Source: a virus
Direction: 5' to 3' (one strand)
DNA length: 64,000 nucleotides
Virus record (IMG/VR): IMGVR_UViG_3300022925_002539
Location: 37,580-101,579 of that record
The position numbers and the translations under genes were made by a program. Each line of letters begins with the position of its first letter. Position 1 is the first letter of the stretch. Shown here piece by piece: positions 29,531-38,897 of this stretch. The notes below the pieces were generated by a model. It saw only the letters and a list, made by a program, of their open reading frames with translations, was not told the origin of the DNA and searched no databases.

Positions 29531-29631
29531 TCTGGGGTGATGAAATCGGTAGACATGCACGACCGTTTATCGTGTGTTAAATGTACTGCAATATATTTAG
29601 CGTGTAGGTTCGAGTCCTACCCCCAGAGCCA
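29531..29631 (+). tRNA. non-canonical tRNA with GUU (Asn) anticodon and 29-nt variable arm
   Basis: acceptor TCTGGGG/CCCCAGA + G + CCA; D-arm ATG/CAT with GG; CACGA-CCGTTTA-TCGTG; variable stem GTTAAATGTA/TATATTTAGC; GTAGG-TTCGAGT-CCTAC. Confidence 0.9.
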
Positions 29632-29652
29632 AACTGCAATATAAATAGAGTT

Positions 29653-30717
29653 ATGTACGCAGTTTATCAACATTGGGATCCACTAGAAGTATGTGTCGTT
29701 GGCAAAGCGTATCCTCCAGAATTTTATAGTTGGATTAAAGATATAGATACACGTAAAAAGTTTGAGCAAGTAGCATTAGAAACAGAAGAAGATTTTCAAA
29801 AATTAATAAAGTTACTGGTTCAATTTGATGTTGAAGTATTACGTCCAACTATACCTGACACATTTGAAAATTGCATGGTTGATAATATATGGGTACCTCC
29901 ACCAGTTACTCCAAGAGACTATTTTATTCAAATACATGATAAATGTTGGGTACCAGTAGTTCCAAATGCTAACCATGCACATAATGCTTTCAAAAAACAA
30001 AAGCAAAAAACATGGGCTCAGTTTCAATTGCATGACCAAAAGAAGCATAATAGAAAATTAGATTTTTATAAAGACATTTTTAAAAAATGCAATGTCAAAC
30101 CTACAGACTGTAGTTATATTTCTGGATGCTTTGTAAGTAGACTTGGAAACGATTTATTTTTTGCAACACAAAGTATATATGACGACTGGACTGCAATCCA
30201 AAAAAACGTAAATGAATTATTTCCTAATACAAATAATCATATAGTTGATGCACAAGGACACGGTGATGCAGTATATTGTCCTGTTGCTCCTGGATTAATT
30301 ATTAGTATTGCTAACGAAGACTATAAAGATAGTTTTCCTAATTGGGAAGTTGTGCATTTACCTGAAAGTCACTATGCCGCACATAAAATGTTTCAAGCAA
30401 GTATGAAACTGAATGCAGGCAAATGGTATATTCCTGGCTTTGATGAAAATCCTCTTATTACAGAAACTGTAGATAGTTATATGAATGATTGGATAGGTGA
30501 AGTAAGTGAAACAGTATTTGGTGTTAACATTTTAATTATTAATCCTACAAATGTAGTTCTTGCTGAATATAATAAACAAGCAGTTGATGCGTTAACTCGT
30601 CATGGCATAACTGCACATATTTCACCTTTTAGACACAAGTATTTTTGGGACGCCGGAATACACTGTGTTACAAACGATTTAAGTAGGCGAGGTTCATGCC
30701 AACGATACCATTTTTAG
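29653..30717 (+). CDS. amidinotransferase (glycine/inosamine-phosphate type)
   Basis: WDPLEVCVVG, TPRD, HGDA, C-terminal GIHCVTNDL catalytic Cys. Confidence 0.82.
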   Translation: MYAVYQHWDPLEVCVVGKAYPPEFYSWIKDIDTRKKFEQVALETEEDFQKLIKLLVQFDVEVLRPTIPDTFENCMVDNIWVPPPVTPRDYFIQIHDKCWVPVVPNANHAHNAFKKQKQKTWAQFQLHDQKKHNRKLDFYKDIFKKCNVKPTDCSYISGCFVSRLGNDLFFATQSIYDDWTAIQKNVNELFPNTNNHIVDAQGHGDAVYCPVAPGLIISIANEDYKDSFPNWEVVHLPESHYAAHKMFQASMKLNAGKWYIPGFDENPLITETVDSYMNDWIGEVSETVFGVNILIINPTNVVLAEYNKQAVDALTRHGITAHISPFRHKYFWDAGIHCVTNDLSRRGSCQRYHF

Positions 30718-31550
30718 AATTACAAGTAAACCAAGCATGTAATCTATCCTGTACAGGATGTAGTACCTTTAGTGACCTAAAGTGGAGTGGTTATTTTACT
30801 TGGGAAGAAGGACGTAGTTGGTTAGTGCCATGGATTGATAAAGTACACTTGCCTGCTATAGGATATATGGGAGGTGAACCTTTACTCAATCCTACAATAA
30901 AAGAATGGATACGTGGTGTAAAAAAATTATTACCTGATGCTCAACAACGTTTTGTAACAAATGGTACACTAATACAAAGACACTGGGACGTTTTTCACTT
31001 ACTAAGAGACATAGGAAACAGTGTTTTTAAAATTACATATCATATAAGTACACCAGCATTGGATGAAGCGATAGATAGAATATTCCAAAAATATGAATGG
31101 AAAAAGGTTACAGAATTTGGTATTGATCGTTGGCTAGAACCAAGTACTAATTTTAGATTACAGATTAACAAACCAGATACTTTTGTTAGAGTATTCAAAA
31201 ACGATTACAAAAACATGGCACCATTTGATAGTAATCCTGTTGAGGCATTTGATGCATGTTGCCAACAAAGATGTCCTTTATTATACAAAGGAAAAATATA
31301 CAAATGCGGACATCTTGCTTACTTGCCAGAATTACTTGACAGATTTGATAGACCTAATTATGATTTATGGCAACAGGCATTAGGATATGGACATAGTCCA
31401 GATGATAATATGGATGCTTTTGCTAACAATTTTGGTAAACCACACAAAATTTGTAAAATTTGTCCTACTAGCAAAGATACGGAACAATTTGTTGCACATA
31501 AAGACAACATAAAAATAAAAAGCAAACTACCAGTTGACATAATAGTATAA
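30696..31550 (+). CDS. radical SAM protein with C-terminal Cys cluster
   Basis: CNLSCTGC, MGGEPLL, VTNG, YKC, CKIC. Confidence 0.88.
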   Translation: MPTIPFLELQVNQACNLSCTGCSTFSDLKWSGYFTWEEGRSWLVPWIDKVHLPAIGYMGGEPLLNPTIKEWIRGVKKLLPDAQQRFVTNGTLIQRHWDVFHLLRDIGNSVFKITYHISTPALDEAIDRIFQKYEWKKVTEFGIDRWLEPSTNFRLQINKPDTFVRVFKNDYKNMAPFDSNPVEAFDACCQQRCPLLYKGKIYKCGHLAYLPELLDRFDRPNYDLWQQALGYGHSPDDNMDAFANNFGKPHKICKICPTSKDTEQFVAHKDNIKIKSKLPVDIIV

Positions 31551-31562
31551 ATCACATATAAT
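31534..31562 (+). promoter_or_regulatory. sigma70 consensus promoter
   Basis: TTGACA-17 nt-TATAAT. Confidence 0.8.
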
Positions 31563-31590
31563 AGTAAAGTTATAACTAAGGAGTAATCAC

Positions 31591-31848
31591 ATGAGTGATA
31601 GAGTGTTTTCTAGCGAAGAAAAAGCAAAACTTACACAACTAATAAATGAAGGCATTACAGTAATGCAAGAAGTAGAAGACCTTCAAGAAGGTTTATCTGA
31701 TACTGTAAAAGCAATTGCAGAAGAGATGCAAATTAAACCAACTGTTCTTAAAAAAGCAATGAGGACTGCTTACAAAGCAGACTTTGATAAACACAGTGAT
31801 GAGTATAGTGAACTTGAAAATATTTTGTCTACAGTTGGCAAAATATAA
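31591..31848 (+). CDS. small helical DNA-binding protein (T4 DsbA/GapR-like)
   Basis: 85-aa coiled coil, IKPTVLKKAMRTAYK; AAGGAG SD; upstream of polymerase. Confidence 0.55.
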   Translation: MSDRVFSSEEKAKLTQLINEGITVMQEVEDLQEGLSDTVKAIAEEMQIKPTVLKKAMRTAYKADFDKHSDEYSELENILSTVGKI

Positions 31849-32418
31849 ATGCAATATAGAATTCTGTTAGTTGCATTAGAAGCAGAACTTCCTTACAAAA
31901 AAGCACCTAGCAATTACAAAGTAATATACACAGGTGTTGGAAAAGTAAATGCTTCTATTGCCACTACAAGAGCTATTATGGAAGCACATGATTTAGGATT
32001 TCATCCTCGTGTTGTGAATTATGGCACTGCGGGTAGTTGTAGAGAAGATTTATCTGGTTTACATAGAGTAACTAGATTTATACAACGTGATATGAATGCA
32101 GAACCATCTGCTCCTCGAGGCGTAACGCCGTTTGAGGCAGGGCTACCTTATTTAGAATTCGGTGCAGATAGTATTGCTAACCCGTTTACATTAGGCACAG
32201 GTGATAGTTTTGTACATACTGAAGACCCATGGCTTATAGATAATAATATAGATATTGTAGACATGGAAGGTTATGCTATAGCACAAGTTTGTAAACAGAT
32301 GAACGTTGAGCTAACCTGTATGAAATATATTACAGACTATGTAGGCACACCGCATCAGTTTGATGTTTGGGAAAAAAATGTTGCACAAGGTGTAGAGGCA
32401 GTATTGGAAGTATTATGA
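31849..32418 (+). CDS. mtnN: MTA/SAH nucleosidase-like protein (PNP/UDP family)
   Basis: GVGKVNA, NYGTAG, TGDSFV, VDMEGYAIA, KYITD. Confidence 0.85.
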   Translation: MQYRILLVALEAELPYKKAPSNYKVIYTGVGKVNASIATTRAIMEAHDLGFHPRVVNYGTAGSCREDLSGLHRVTRFIQRDMNAEPSAPRGVTPFEAGLPYLEFGADSIANPFTLGTGDSFVHTEDPWLIDNNIDIVDMEGYAIAQVCKQMNVELTCMKYITDYVGTPHQFDVWEKNVAQGVEAVLEVL

Positions 32419-32696
32419 TAGGAATAAAAACATTTTGGGTAAACAGTTATACTAGTGATCGAATAGCATTTATATTTGAACTTATAAGTTTTATATTTAC
32501 AGTAGGCGCAAGTGCAATTCTTGCTATACAAGCAGACAATCCAAATATGTTAATTGTTTATCCTGGATTTTTTGTAGGAAGTGTTACACAACTTTATGCA
32601 AGTTGGCGTAGAGGAGCAGCATGGATCATGTTGCTTACTTTTTATTTCGCAATAATTAATGTCTTTGGTTATGGAGTTGCTGCACAATGGTGGTAG
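32415..32696 (+). CDS. small membrane protein
   Basis: three hydrophobic helices; ATGA-coupled start. Confidence 0.7.
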   Translation: MIGIKTFWVNSYTSDRIAFIFELISFIFTVGASAILAIQADNPNMLIVYPGFFVGSVTQLYASWRRGAAWIMLLTFYFAIINVFGYGVAAQWW

Positions 32697-32950
32697 ATTA
32701 CTATACATTACATTGGAGTGATATTGTAGGACAATGTGGTATGTTGCTACTAGTTGGTACTTACTTTTTATTACAAACAGATCGTATAGATGCAAAAGGC
32801 TTTTGGTATAGTTGCTTTAATTTAATGGTTGCTATTCTTTTGGGAATTAACTTGTATTATAAACCGGTAATTGCTAATATAACACTAGAGATATTCTGGG
32901 CCACAATGAGTATTTGGGGCATATATAAATGGTATAAAGGAAGAAAATGA
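32687..32950 (+). CDS. small membrane protein (CBU_0592-like)
   Basis: DIVG..G..LLV.TYFLLQ...Y...NL...LEIFW pattern. Confidence 0.65.
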   Translation: MVVDYYTLHWSDIVGQCGMLLLVGTYFLLQTDRIDAKGFWYSCFNLMVAILLGINLYYKPVIANITLEIFWATMSIWGIYKWYKGRK

Positions 32951-35604
32951 GTTACGTTGATGCATACATAGATAGAGAACGTGATAGGATACATGTTGTA
33001 GAAAGAGTGAATGGAAAACGTGAGTATCGTGAGTACCCTGCTAACTATGTATTTTATTATGATGATGCACGTGGCAAACATAGAACAATTTTTGATACAC
33101 CAGTAAGTAGATTTGCTACACGTAATCGCAAAGAGTTTCAGAAAGAAATAAAAATACAAGGACATACTACACTATATGAAAGTGATATCAACCCTGTATT
33201 TCGTTGCTTAGAAGAAAATTATTTAAATGCAGAACCTCCTAAACTGCATACTGCTTTTTTTGACATTGAAGTAGATTTTGATAAAGAGCGAGGATACAGT
33301 AACCCTGATGATCCTTTCAATGCAATAACTGCTATCACATTATATTTGGACTGGAGCGAGCAACTTGTAACACTTGCAATACCTCCAAGTTCAATGACTA
33401 TGAAGACTGCAGAAGATTTATGCAAACGTTTTGATAATACATATCTGTTTACTAGTGAAGCAGAAATGCTAAAGGTATTCTTGGACTTAATTGAAGATGC
33501 AGATATAGTTAGTGGTTGGAACAGTGAAGGTTATGATATACCTTACACAGTAAATCGTATTACAAAAGTACTAAGCAAAGACGATAATAGAAAATGGTGT
33601 TTATGGGGACAACAACCTAAGAAACGTACATTTGAACGATTTGGTAAAGAGAGTACAACATTTGATTTAGTAGGGCGTGTACATTTGGATTATATGCAAT
33701 TGTATCGCAAGTATACATATGAAGAACGTCATAGTTATACACTAGATGCTATAGGCGAGTATGAGCTAGAGGAACGTAAAGTACAATATGAAGGCACACT
33801 GGACCAATTATATAATCAAGATTTTGAAAAGTTTATTGATTATAATAGGCAGGATACATTACTACTAAACAAACTGGATAAGAAGTTACGTTTTATAGAT
33901 TTGAGTAACGTGTTAGCACATGAAAATACTGTGTTGTTAATGACAACAATGGGTGCAGTAGCAGTTACAGAACAAGCAATTATTAATGATGCTCATGCAC
34001 GTGGTATGGTTGTGCCTAATCGTAAGAATAGTGAAAAGAATACAACTGCAGCAGGTGCATATGTAGCATATCCTAAAAAAGGATTACATGACTGGATTGG
34101 TGCTATAGATATAAACAGTCTATATCCTAGTGTTATTCGTGCATTAAATATGGGTCCTGAAACAGTTGTAGGACAACTTAGACAAACAATGACTGAAAGT
34201 CGTATTAAAGACTTAATGTCACAAAAGAAAACTTTTGCAGATGCTTGGGAAGGTGAATTCGGCAGTAGAGAATATCAAGCAGTAATGAATATGGATCGTG
34301 GTACAGAAATAACTATTGATTGGGAAAATGGTGATGAAGATGTTTGTAGTGCATATGATGTATGGCGATTAATATTCGATAGTAACCAGCCCTGGACTTT
34401 AAGTGCAAACGGTACTATCTTTACATATGAACGTGTAGGCATTATTCCTGGTTTATTAGAACGTTGGTATGCAGAACGTAAAGAAATGCAGAAGGAATTA
34501 AAACGTGCAAAAGATGAAGATGGTGATGTAGAGTATTGGGATAAGCGACAGTTAGTAAAAAAGATTAACCTAAATAGTTTGTATGGTGCAATCCTAAATC
34601 CAGGGTGTAGATTCTTTGACGCTCGTATAGGACAGAGTACAACACTTACTGGTAGATGTATTAGTAAACGTATGGCAGAAGTTGTAAACAGTTTACTTAC
34701 GGGTAAAGAAGATCACATAGGTGATGCGATAGTTTATGGTGATACAGATAGTGTATACTTTAGTGCATGGCCTATGATGAAAGCAGACGTAGAAGCAGGT
34801 AAAACAGAATGGACAAAAGATATTGTAACAGCACTTTATGACAATATAGCAGATGAAGTTAACTTAGACTTTCCAGTTTTTATGGAACGTGCATTCCATT
34901 GTCCTCGTAAAAATGGTGAGATTATACGAGGTGGAAGAGAAATAGTTGCAACAAAAGGATTATATATAACAAAAAAACGTTATGCTGCACTAATATATGA
35001 TCAAGAAGGTTTCCGTTTAGATACAGAAGGCAAGCCAGGTAAAGTAAAAGCAATGGGTTTAGATCTTAAACGTAGTGATACTCCTAAAGTTATGCAGGAC
35101 TTTTTAAGTGAACTATTGCAAGATGTACTTACAGGCCATGGTAGAGAAGAAATTATTGAAAAAGTAAAAGAGTTTAAAAATATATTTCATGAACGTCCTG
35201 GTTGGGAAAAGGGCACACCAAAACGTGTGAACAACTTGACTAAGTATACTGCAGAAGAAAAACGTTTAGGCAAAGCAAATATGCCAGGGCACGTGAGAGC
35301 TGCAATGAACTGGAATAACCTACGTAGAATGAATGGTGACAAGTACAGCCAGGAAATTATGGACGGTGCAAAAACTATTGTTTGTAAACTAAAAGCAAAT
35401 CCATTAGGATTTACAAGTATAGGTTATCCAACAGATGAAACACACTTACCACAATGGTTTAAGGATTTGCCTTTTGATGATGGATTAATGGAAGAAACTA
35501 TTGTAGATCAAAAAATAGATAACCTGTTAAGTGTTCTTAATTGGGACTTAAAAGGTGCAACACAAACTGCCAATACATTTGATGATTTATTTTCATTTGA
35601 ATAA
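32947..35604 (+). CDS. DNA polymerase family B (gp43-like)
   Basis: exonuclease DIE, GWNSEGYD, YNRQD; polymerase DINSLYPS, KINLNSLYG, YGDTDS, KKRY; C-terminal clamp-binding-like FDDLF. Confidence 0.97.
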   Translation: MSYVDAYIDRERDRIHVVERVNGKREYREYPANYVFYYDDARGKHRTIFDTPVSRFATRNRKEFQKEIKIQGHTTLYESDINPVFRCLEENYLNAEPPKLHTAFFDIEVDFDKERGYSNPDDPFNAITAITLYLDWSEQLVTLAIPPSSMTMKTAEDLCKRFDNTYLFTSEAEMLKVFLDLIEDADIVSGWNSEGYDIPYTVNRITKVLSKDDNRKWCLWGQQPKKRTFERFGKESTTFDLVGRVHLDYMQLYRKYTYEERHSYTLDAIGEYELEERKVQYEGTLDQLYNQDFEKFIDYNRQDTLLLNKLDKKLRFIDLSNVLAHENTVLLMTTMGAVAVTEQAIINDAHARGMVVPNRKNSEKNTTAAGAYVAYPKKGLHDWIGAIDINSLYPSVIRALNMGPETVVGQLRQTMTESRIKDLMSQKKTFADAWEGEFGSREYQAVMNMDRGTEITIDWENGDEDVCSAYDVWRLIFDSNQPWTLSANGTIFTYERVGIIPGLLERWYAERKEMQKELKRAKDEDGDVEYWDKRQLVKKINLNSLYGAILNPGCRFFDARIGQSTTLTGRCISKRMAEVVNSLLTGKEDHIGDAIVYGDTDSVYFSAWPMMKADVEAGKTEWTKDIVTALYDNIADEVNLDFPVFMERAFHCPRKNGEIIRGGREIVATKGLYITKKRYAALIYDQEGFRLDTEGKPGKVKAMGLDLKRSDTPKVMQDFLSELLQDVLTGHGREEIIEKVKEFKNIFHERPGWEKGTPKRVNNLTKYTAEEKRLGKANMPGHVRAAMNWNNLRRMNGDKYSQEIMDGAKTIVCKLKANPLGFTSIGYPTDETHLPQWFKDLPFDDGLMEETIVDQKIDNLLSVLNWDLKGATQTANTFDDLFSFE

Positions 35605-35640
35605 TATGCTATTATAAATACAATGTATTAGGAGTGTTCG

Positions 35641-36561
35641 ATGAAACTTGTAGATAAAATGATTCTTTTCAATCAATTTTTGAGAGAGAACAAAAATCAC
35701 AAGTTTGATATAGATCAAGAACTGCAAAGACATAAAGACTATTTTGAAAAACAGAGCAAGTATTGGAAAGACAAGCATCTGTATGAATACATAGATGAAA
35801 CTCTCAATAACTTAATTAATTTAAGTAAAATCTATAGACAATCCATAGATAAAATAAATGATAAAACAAACGAACTACTAAGAGAACAAGAGCTAGTAGT
35901 ACTCAAACGTGACTATGACGATTACGAAACTAATGAACGTGATCTACAGTTAATACAAGAAAGAGCTAATTTAGACAAAGACTTAATTAAAGAAATTACT
36001 GCAGATATAGGATATTATAGTGATTGGCGTTATGCAGGAATAGAACTTAATCCTAGTACAGGAATACATACTGCAAGCATGTTAGCATGTGACCCATTAT
36101 ATCTATATACTGGAAACATAACAGATACTAAAAATATAAAAAACAAGTTTAACAATTTCTTTGCAGATAAACGTTTGTTGTTTTATAATGACTTTGATAA
36201 ACTTCCTCAAAATCAATTAGGATTAGCAACAAGTATTAACTGTTATGAGTTTTTGCCTATTGATCCTATTAAGGATGAAATGCGTAGTGTGTATAATATG
36301 TTACGCCCTGGTGGTTATTTTATTTTCACATTTAATGACTGTGAACAAGAAGCAAGTTTAGATTTTTTAAATGGGCCGGGTGCTTATAGAACTTACAATA
36401 CTAAAACACTTATGACAAGTATGGTACAAATGTTAGGTTTTGATATTATAAAACAAGAATGCTGGAGAGAATCACACAGTTGGATGGTGGTTAAAAAACC
36501 CGGTGACCTAACAAGTAAAAAACTTTCTGGACCACTTGTAAAAATTACAGATAAAATTTAA
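35641..36561 (+). CDS. coiled coil plus degenerate SAM-methyltransferase-like domain
   Basis: MLRPGGYFIFTF, WMVVKKPG; AGGAG SD. Confidence 0.6.
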   Translation: MKLVDKMILFNQFLRENKNHKFDIDQELQRHKDYFEKQSKYWKDKHLYEYIDETLNNLINLSKIYRQSIDKINDKTNELLREQELVVLKRDYDDYETNERDLQLIQERANLDKDLIKEITADIGYYSDWRYAGIELNPSTGIHTASMLACDPLYLYTGNITDTKNIKNKFNNFFADKRLLFYNDFDKLPQNQLGLATSINCYEFLPIDPIKDEMRSVYNMLRPGGYFIFTFNDCEQEASLDFLNGPGAYRTYNTKTLMTSMVQMLGFDIIKQECWRESHSWMVVKKPGDLTSKKLSGPLVKITDKI

Positions 36562-36567
36562 ATTTTA

Positions 36568-36596
36568 TTGACACTCGTCTAAATACCTTATATAAT
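36568..36596 (+). promoter_or_regulatory. sigma70 consensus promoter
   Basis: TTGACA-17 nt-TATAAT. Confidence 0.8.
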
Positions 36597-36628
36597 AATC
36601 ACATAATTGTAAAACAAAAGGACGTCTT

Positions 36629-37360
36629 ATGAAAGATTATCTATTAGATATAGTTAAGCATACACATTCGCTTGGCTTTATCAGTCTTGTTAAAGTAACA
36701 GGAACTGATGCAAAAACAACATTTGAAGGACTTGCAGAAGATCGTAGTGTTATTCTACAAGCAACAACAAAAACACCAGTAGCAGATTTTATGGGTACAT
36801 TTGGTATGCCTAATTTGGATAAACTTGGTGTTATTCTACGTATTCCAGAATATGCAGAAAATGCAAACATAAGCATTAATACTCAGGAACGTAATGGTGA
36901 AACGGTACCAGTAGGTATTGCATTTGAAAATGCTAGTGGTGATTTTAAAAATGACTATCGATTTATGGCAAGTGAGATTATTAATGAAAAACTTAAAACT
37001 GTAAAGATGCGAGATGTAAATTGGGGTATTGAATTCCAACCTACAGTAGCAAGTATACAACGTTTTAAATTTATGATTAGTGCAAACAGTGAAGAAACTA
37101 CATTCATTGCTAAAACTGAAGGCAATGATTTAAAATTCTTCTTTGGTGATCATAGTACACATGCTGGTAACTTTGTGTTCCAACCTGATGCAGGTGGAAA
37201 GTTAGAAAGAGCATGGAGTTGGCCTGTAGAACAAGTTAGCAAAATACTTAGTCTCGGTGGCGATACAACATTTAAATTTAGTGACGATGGTGTTGCTGAA
37301 ATAGTTGTTGATAGCGGACTAGCAGAATATAGATATTTACTTCCTGCACAAAGCAAATAA
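36629..37360 (+). CDS. probable DNA polymerase sliding clamp (gp45/PCNA-like)
   Basis: 243 aa with clamp-like alternating beta/alpha pattern, C-terminal YRYLLPA; near the polymerase. Confidence 0.6.
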   Translation: MKDYLLDIVKHTHSLGFISLVKVTGTDAKTTFEGLAEDRSVILQATTKTPVADFMGTFGMPNLDKLGVILRIPEYAENANISINTQERNGETVPVGIAFENASGDFKNDYRFMASEIINEKLKTVKMRDVNWGIEFQPTVASIQRFKFMISANSEETTFIAKTEGNDLKFFFGDHSTHAGNFVFQPDAGGKLERAWSWPVEQVSKILSLGGDTTFKFSDDGVAEIVVDSGLAEYRYLLPAQSK

Positions 37361-38842
37361 ATGACTGATCTCCCAACTAACCTAACAGAACTACAAAAAG
37401 ACTATGCAGTATTTTTACCTGCTCTTAGTAGTTTCTATGTAAATGTAACAGGCAAAATAAAACATACTGCAGGCACAAATGAACCAAGTGTCCTTCCTGA
37501 ACGTATACCTAAGCCTATTAGTGCAGATGTACGAGAACTTGACTACTTAAAACCTAATGCACTCTGGCACTATAAGTGGAGTCTACATAGTGCAGGTCAT
37601 GCTAGTTTAGATATAGAAAAAGACTTACCTCGTGAATATATGTATCGTCATCGTGATAAAACAAGTAGTTTTATGCTAGGTGATAGTGGTGGATTCCAGA
37701 TTGGTAAAGGCAAGTGGCCAGGTGATTGGAAGGCAAATAGTGGATGTCCACAAGCACAAAAGAAACGTGAAAGTGTACTGAAGTGGATGGACGAATATAT
37801 GGATTATGGAATGATCCTAGATGTTCCTGCTTGGTTAAGTCGTGAACCGGAAGGTGCAAAGGCGGCTCAGATTAGTTCATATCAAGAGGCAGTAGATGGA
37901 ACTGCATTTAACAATGAATACTTTGTAAACAATCGTAATGGAAATTGTAAGTTCTTAAACGTATTACAAGGTGAAAACCATGCACAAGCCGATGATTGGT
38001 ATAATGCAATGAAAAGGTTTAGTGATCCTAAAATTTATCCTGATGCACATTTTGAAGGTTATGGTATGGGTGGACAAAATGCATGTGATGTACATCTTAT
38101 ATTAAAAAGAATAGTAACCTTAATGCACGATGGTTTACTTGAAAAAGGTAAACATGATTGGATGCATGTTTTAGGAACAGGAAAACTTGAATGGGCTGGT
38201 GTACTGACTGCTATACAACGAGGTGTCCGTAAATTATATAATGAAAATTTTACTGTAAGTTTTGACTGTGCAAGTCCTTTTCTTGCAACAAGTAATGGAC
38301 AACAATATACACATTATCGTATGCCACACAATGGCAAGTGGAAATACATGATGGAAGATGCACCTGATGATAAAAACATGAGTAACAGTATACAAAGTTA
38401 TGATGAATATTGTGAAAGTATATATGATAAATGGATACCTAGTCCTATAACTGAACTAATGAAAGTTAAGGATATTTGTGTCTATGCACCTGGTGATCTT
38501 AACAAAATTGGTAAAGAGGGTAAAACAAGTTGGGATACATTCAGTTATGCACTTCTAATGAATCATAATATGTACTTACACATACGCAGTGTACAGGAAA
38601 CAAATAGACTATATGATGAAGGTCAGTATCCTAAAGAACTAGTTGATGATAACTTTGATCGTACTGAAGTAAAAGATGTAATTGCACACTTGTTTACAAT
38701 GGATGATCGCGACAAACAAAATAAACTAATAGAAGATCATAGTCGACTATGGATGAAAGTTATAGGAAGTCGTGGTGCAACTGGTAAAAGAACAGTAAAT
38801 GCAAGTACACAATTTGCAAGTTTATTCGAGGAAGTTAGTTGA
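37361..38842 (+). CDS. dpdA: TGT-fold 7-deazaguanine transglycosylase (DpdA-like)
   Basis: GDSGGFQ, MILDVP, NVLQG, GMGG, HVLG, SFDC motifs; no CxCxxC zinc site; located in the replication module. Confidence 0.78.
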   Translation: MTDLPTNLTELQKDYAVFLPALSSFYVNVTGKIKHTAGTNEPSVLPERIPKPISADVRELDYLKPNALWHYKWSLHSAGHASLDIEKDLPREYMYRHRDKTSSFMLGDSGGFQIGKGKWPGDWKANSGCPQAQKKRESVLKWMDEYMDYGMILDVPAWLSREPEGAKAAQISSYQEAVDGTAFNNEYFVNNRNGNCKFLNVLQGENHAQADDWYNAMKRFSDPKIYPDAHFEGYGMGGQNACDVHLILKRIVTLMHDGLLEKGKHDWMHVLGTGKLEWAGVLTAIQRGVRKLYNENFTVSFDCASPFLATSNGQQYTHYRMPHNGKWKYMMEDAPDDKNMSNSIQSYDEYCESIYDKWIPSPITELMKVKDICVYAPGDLNKIGKEGKTSWDTFSYALLMNHNMYLHIRSVQETNRLYDEGQYPKELVDDNFDRTEVKDVIAHLFTMDDRDKQNKLIEDHSRLWMKVIGSRGATGKRTVNASTQFASLFEEVS

Positions 38843-38866
38843 CAACCTAGTGTTATATGTTATTAT
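38839..38866 (+). promoter_or_regulatory. sigma70-like promoter
   Basis: TTGACA-16 nt-TATTAT with extended TG. Confidence 0.6.
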
Positions 38867-38897
38867 AATAGAATTATAACAACTTATAGGCAAACTA

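Noticed and set aside
29575-29603. Extra tRNA segment as an intron or a second (Cys, GCA) anticodon arm
   Set aside because: It sits at the variable-arm position, not in the anticodon loop, and its CTGCAA loop is 6 nt rather than 7.
32947-35604. Intein or intron in the DNA polymerase
   Set aside because: 885 aa with normally spaced motifs and no splice signatures.
37361-38842. Ordinary tRNA-guanine transglycosylase
   Set aside because: It lacks the zinc-binding cysteines, is longer, and is co-transcribed with the clamp. A DNA target is favoured but not proven.
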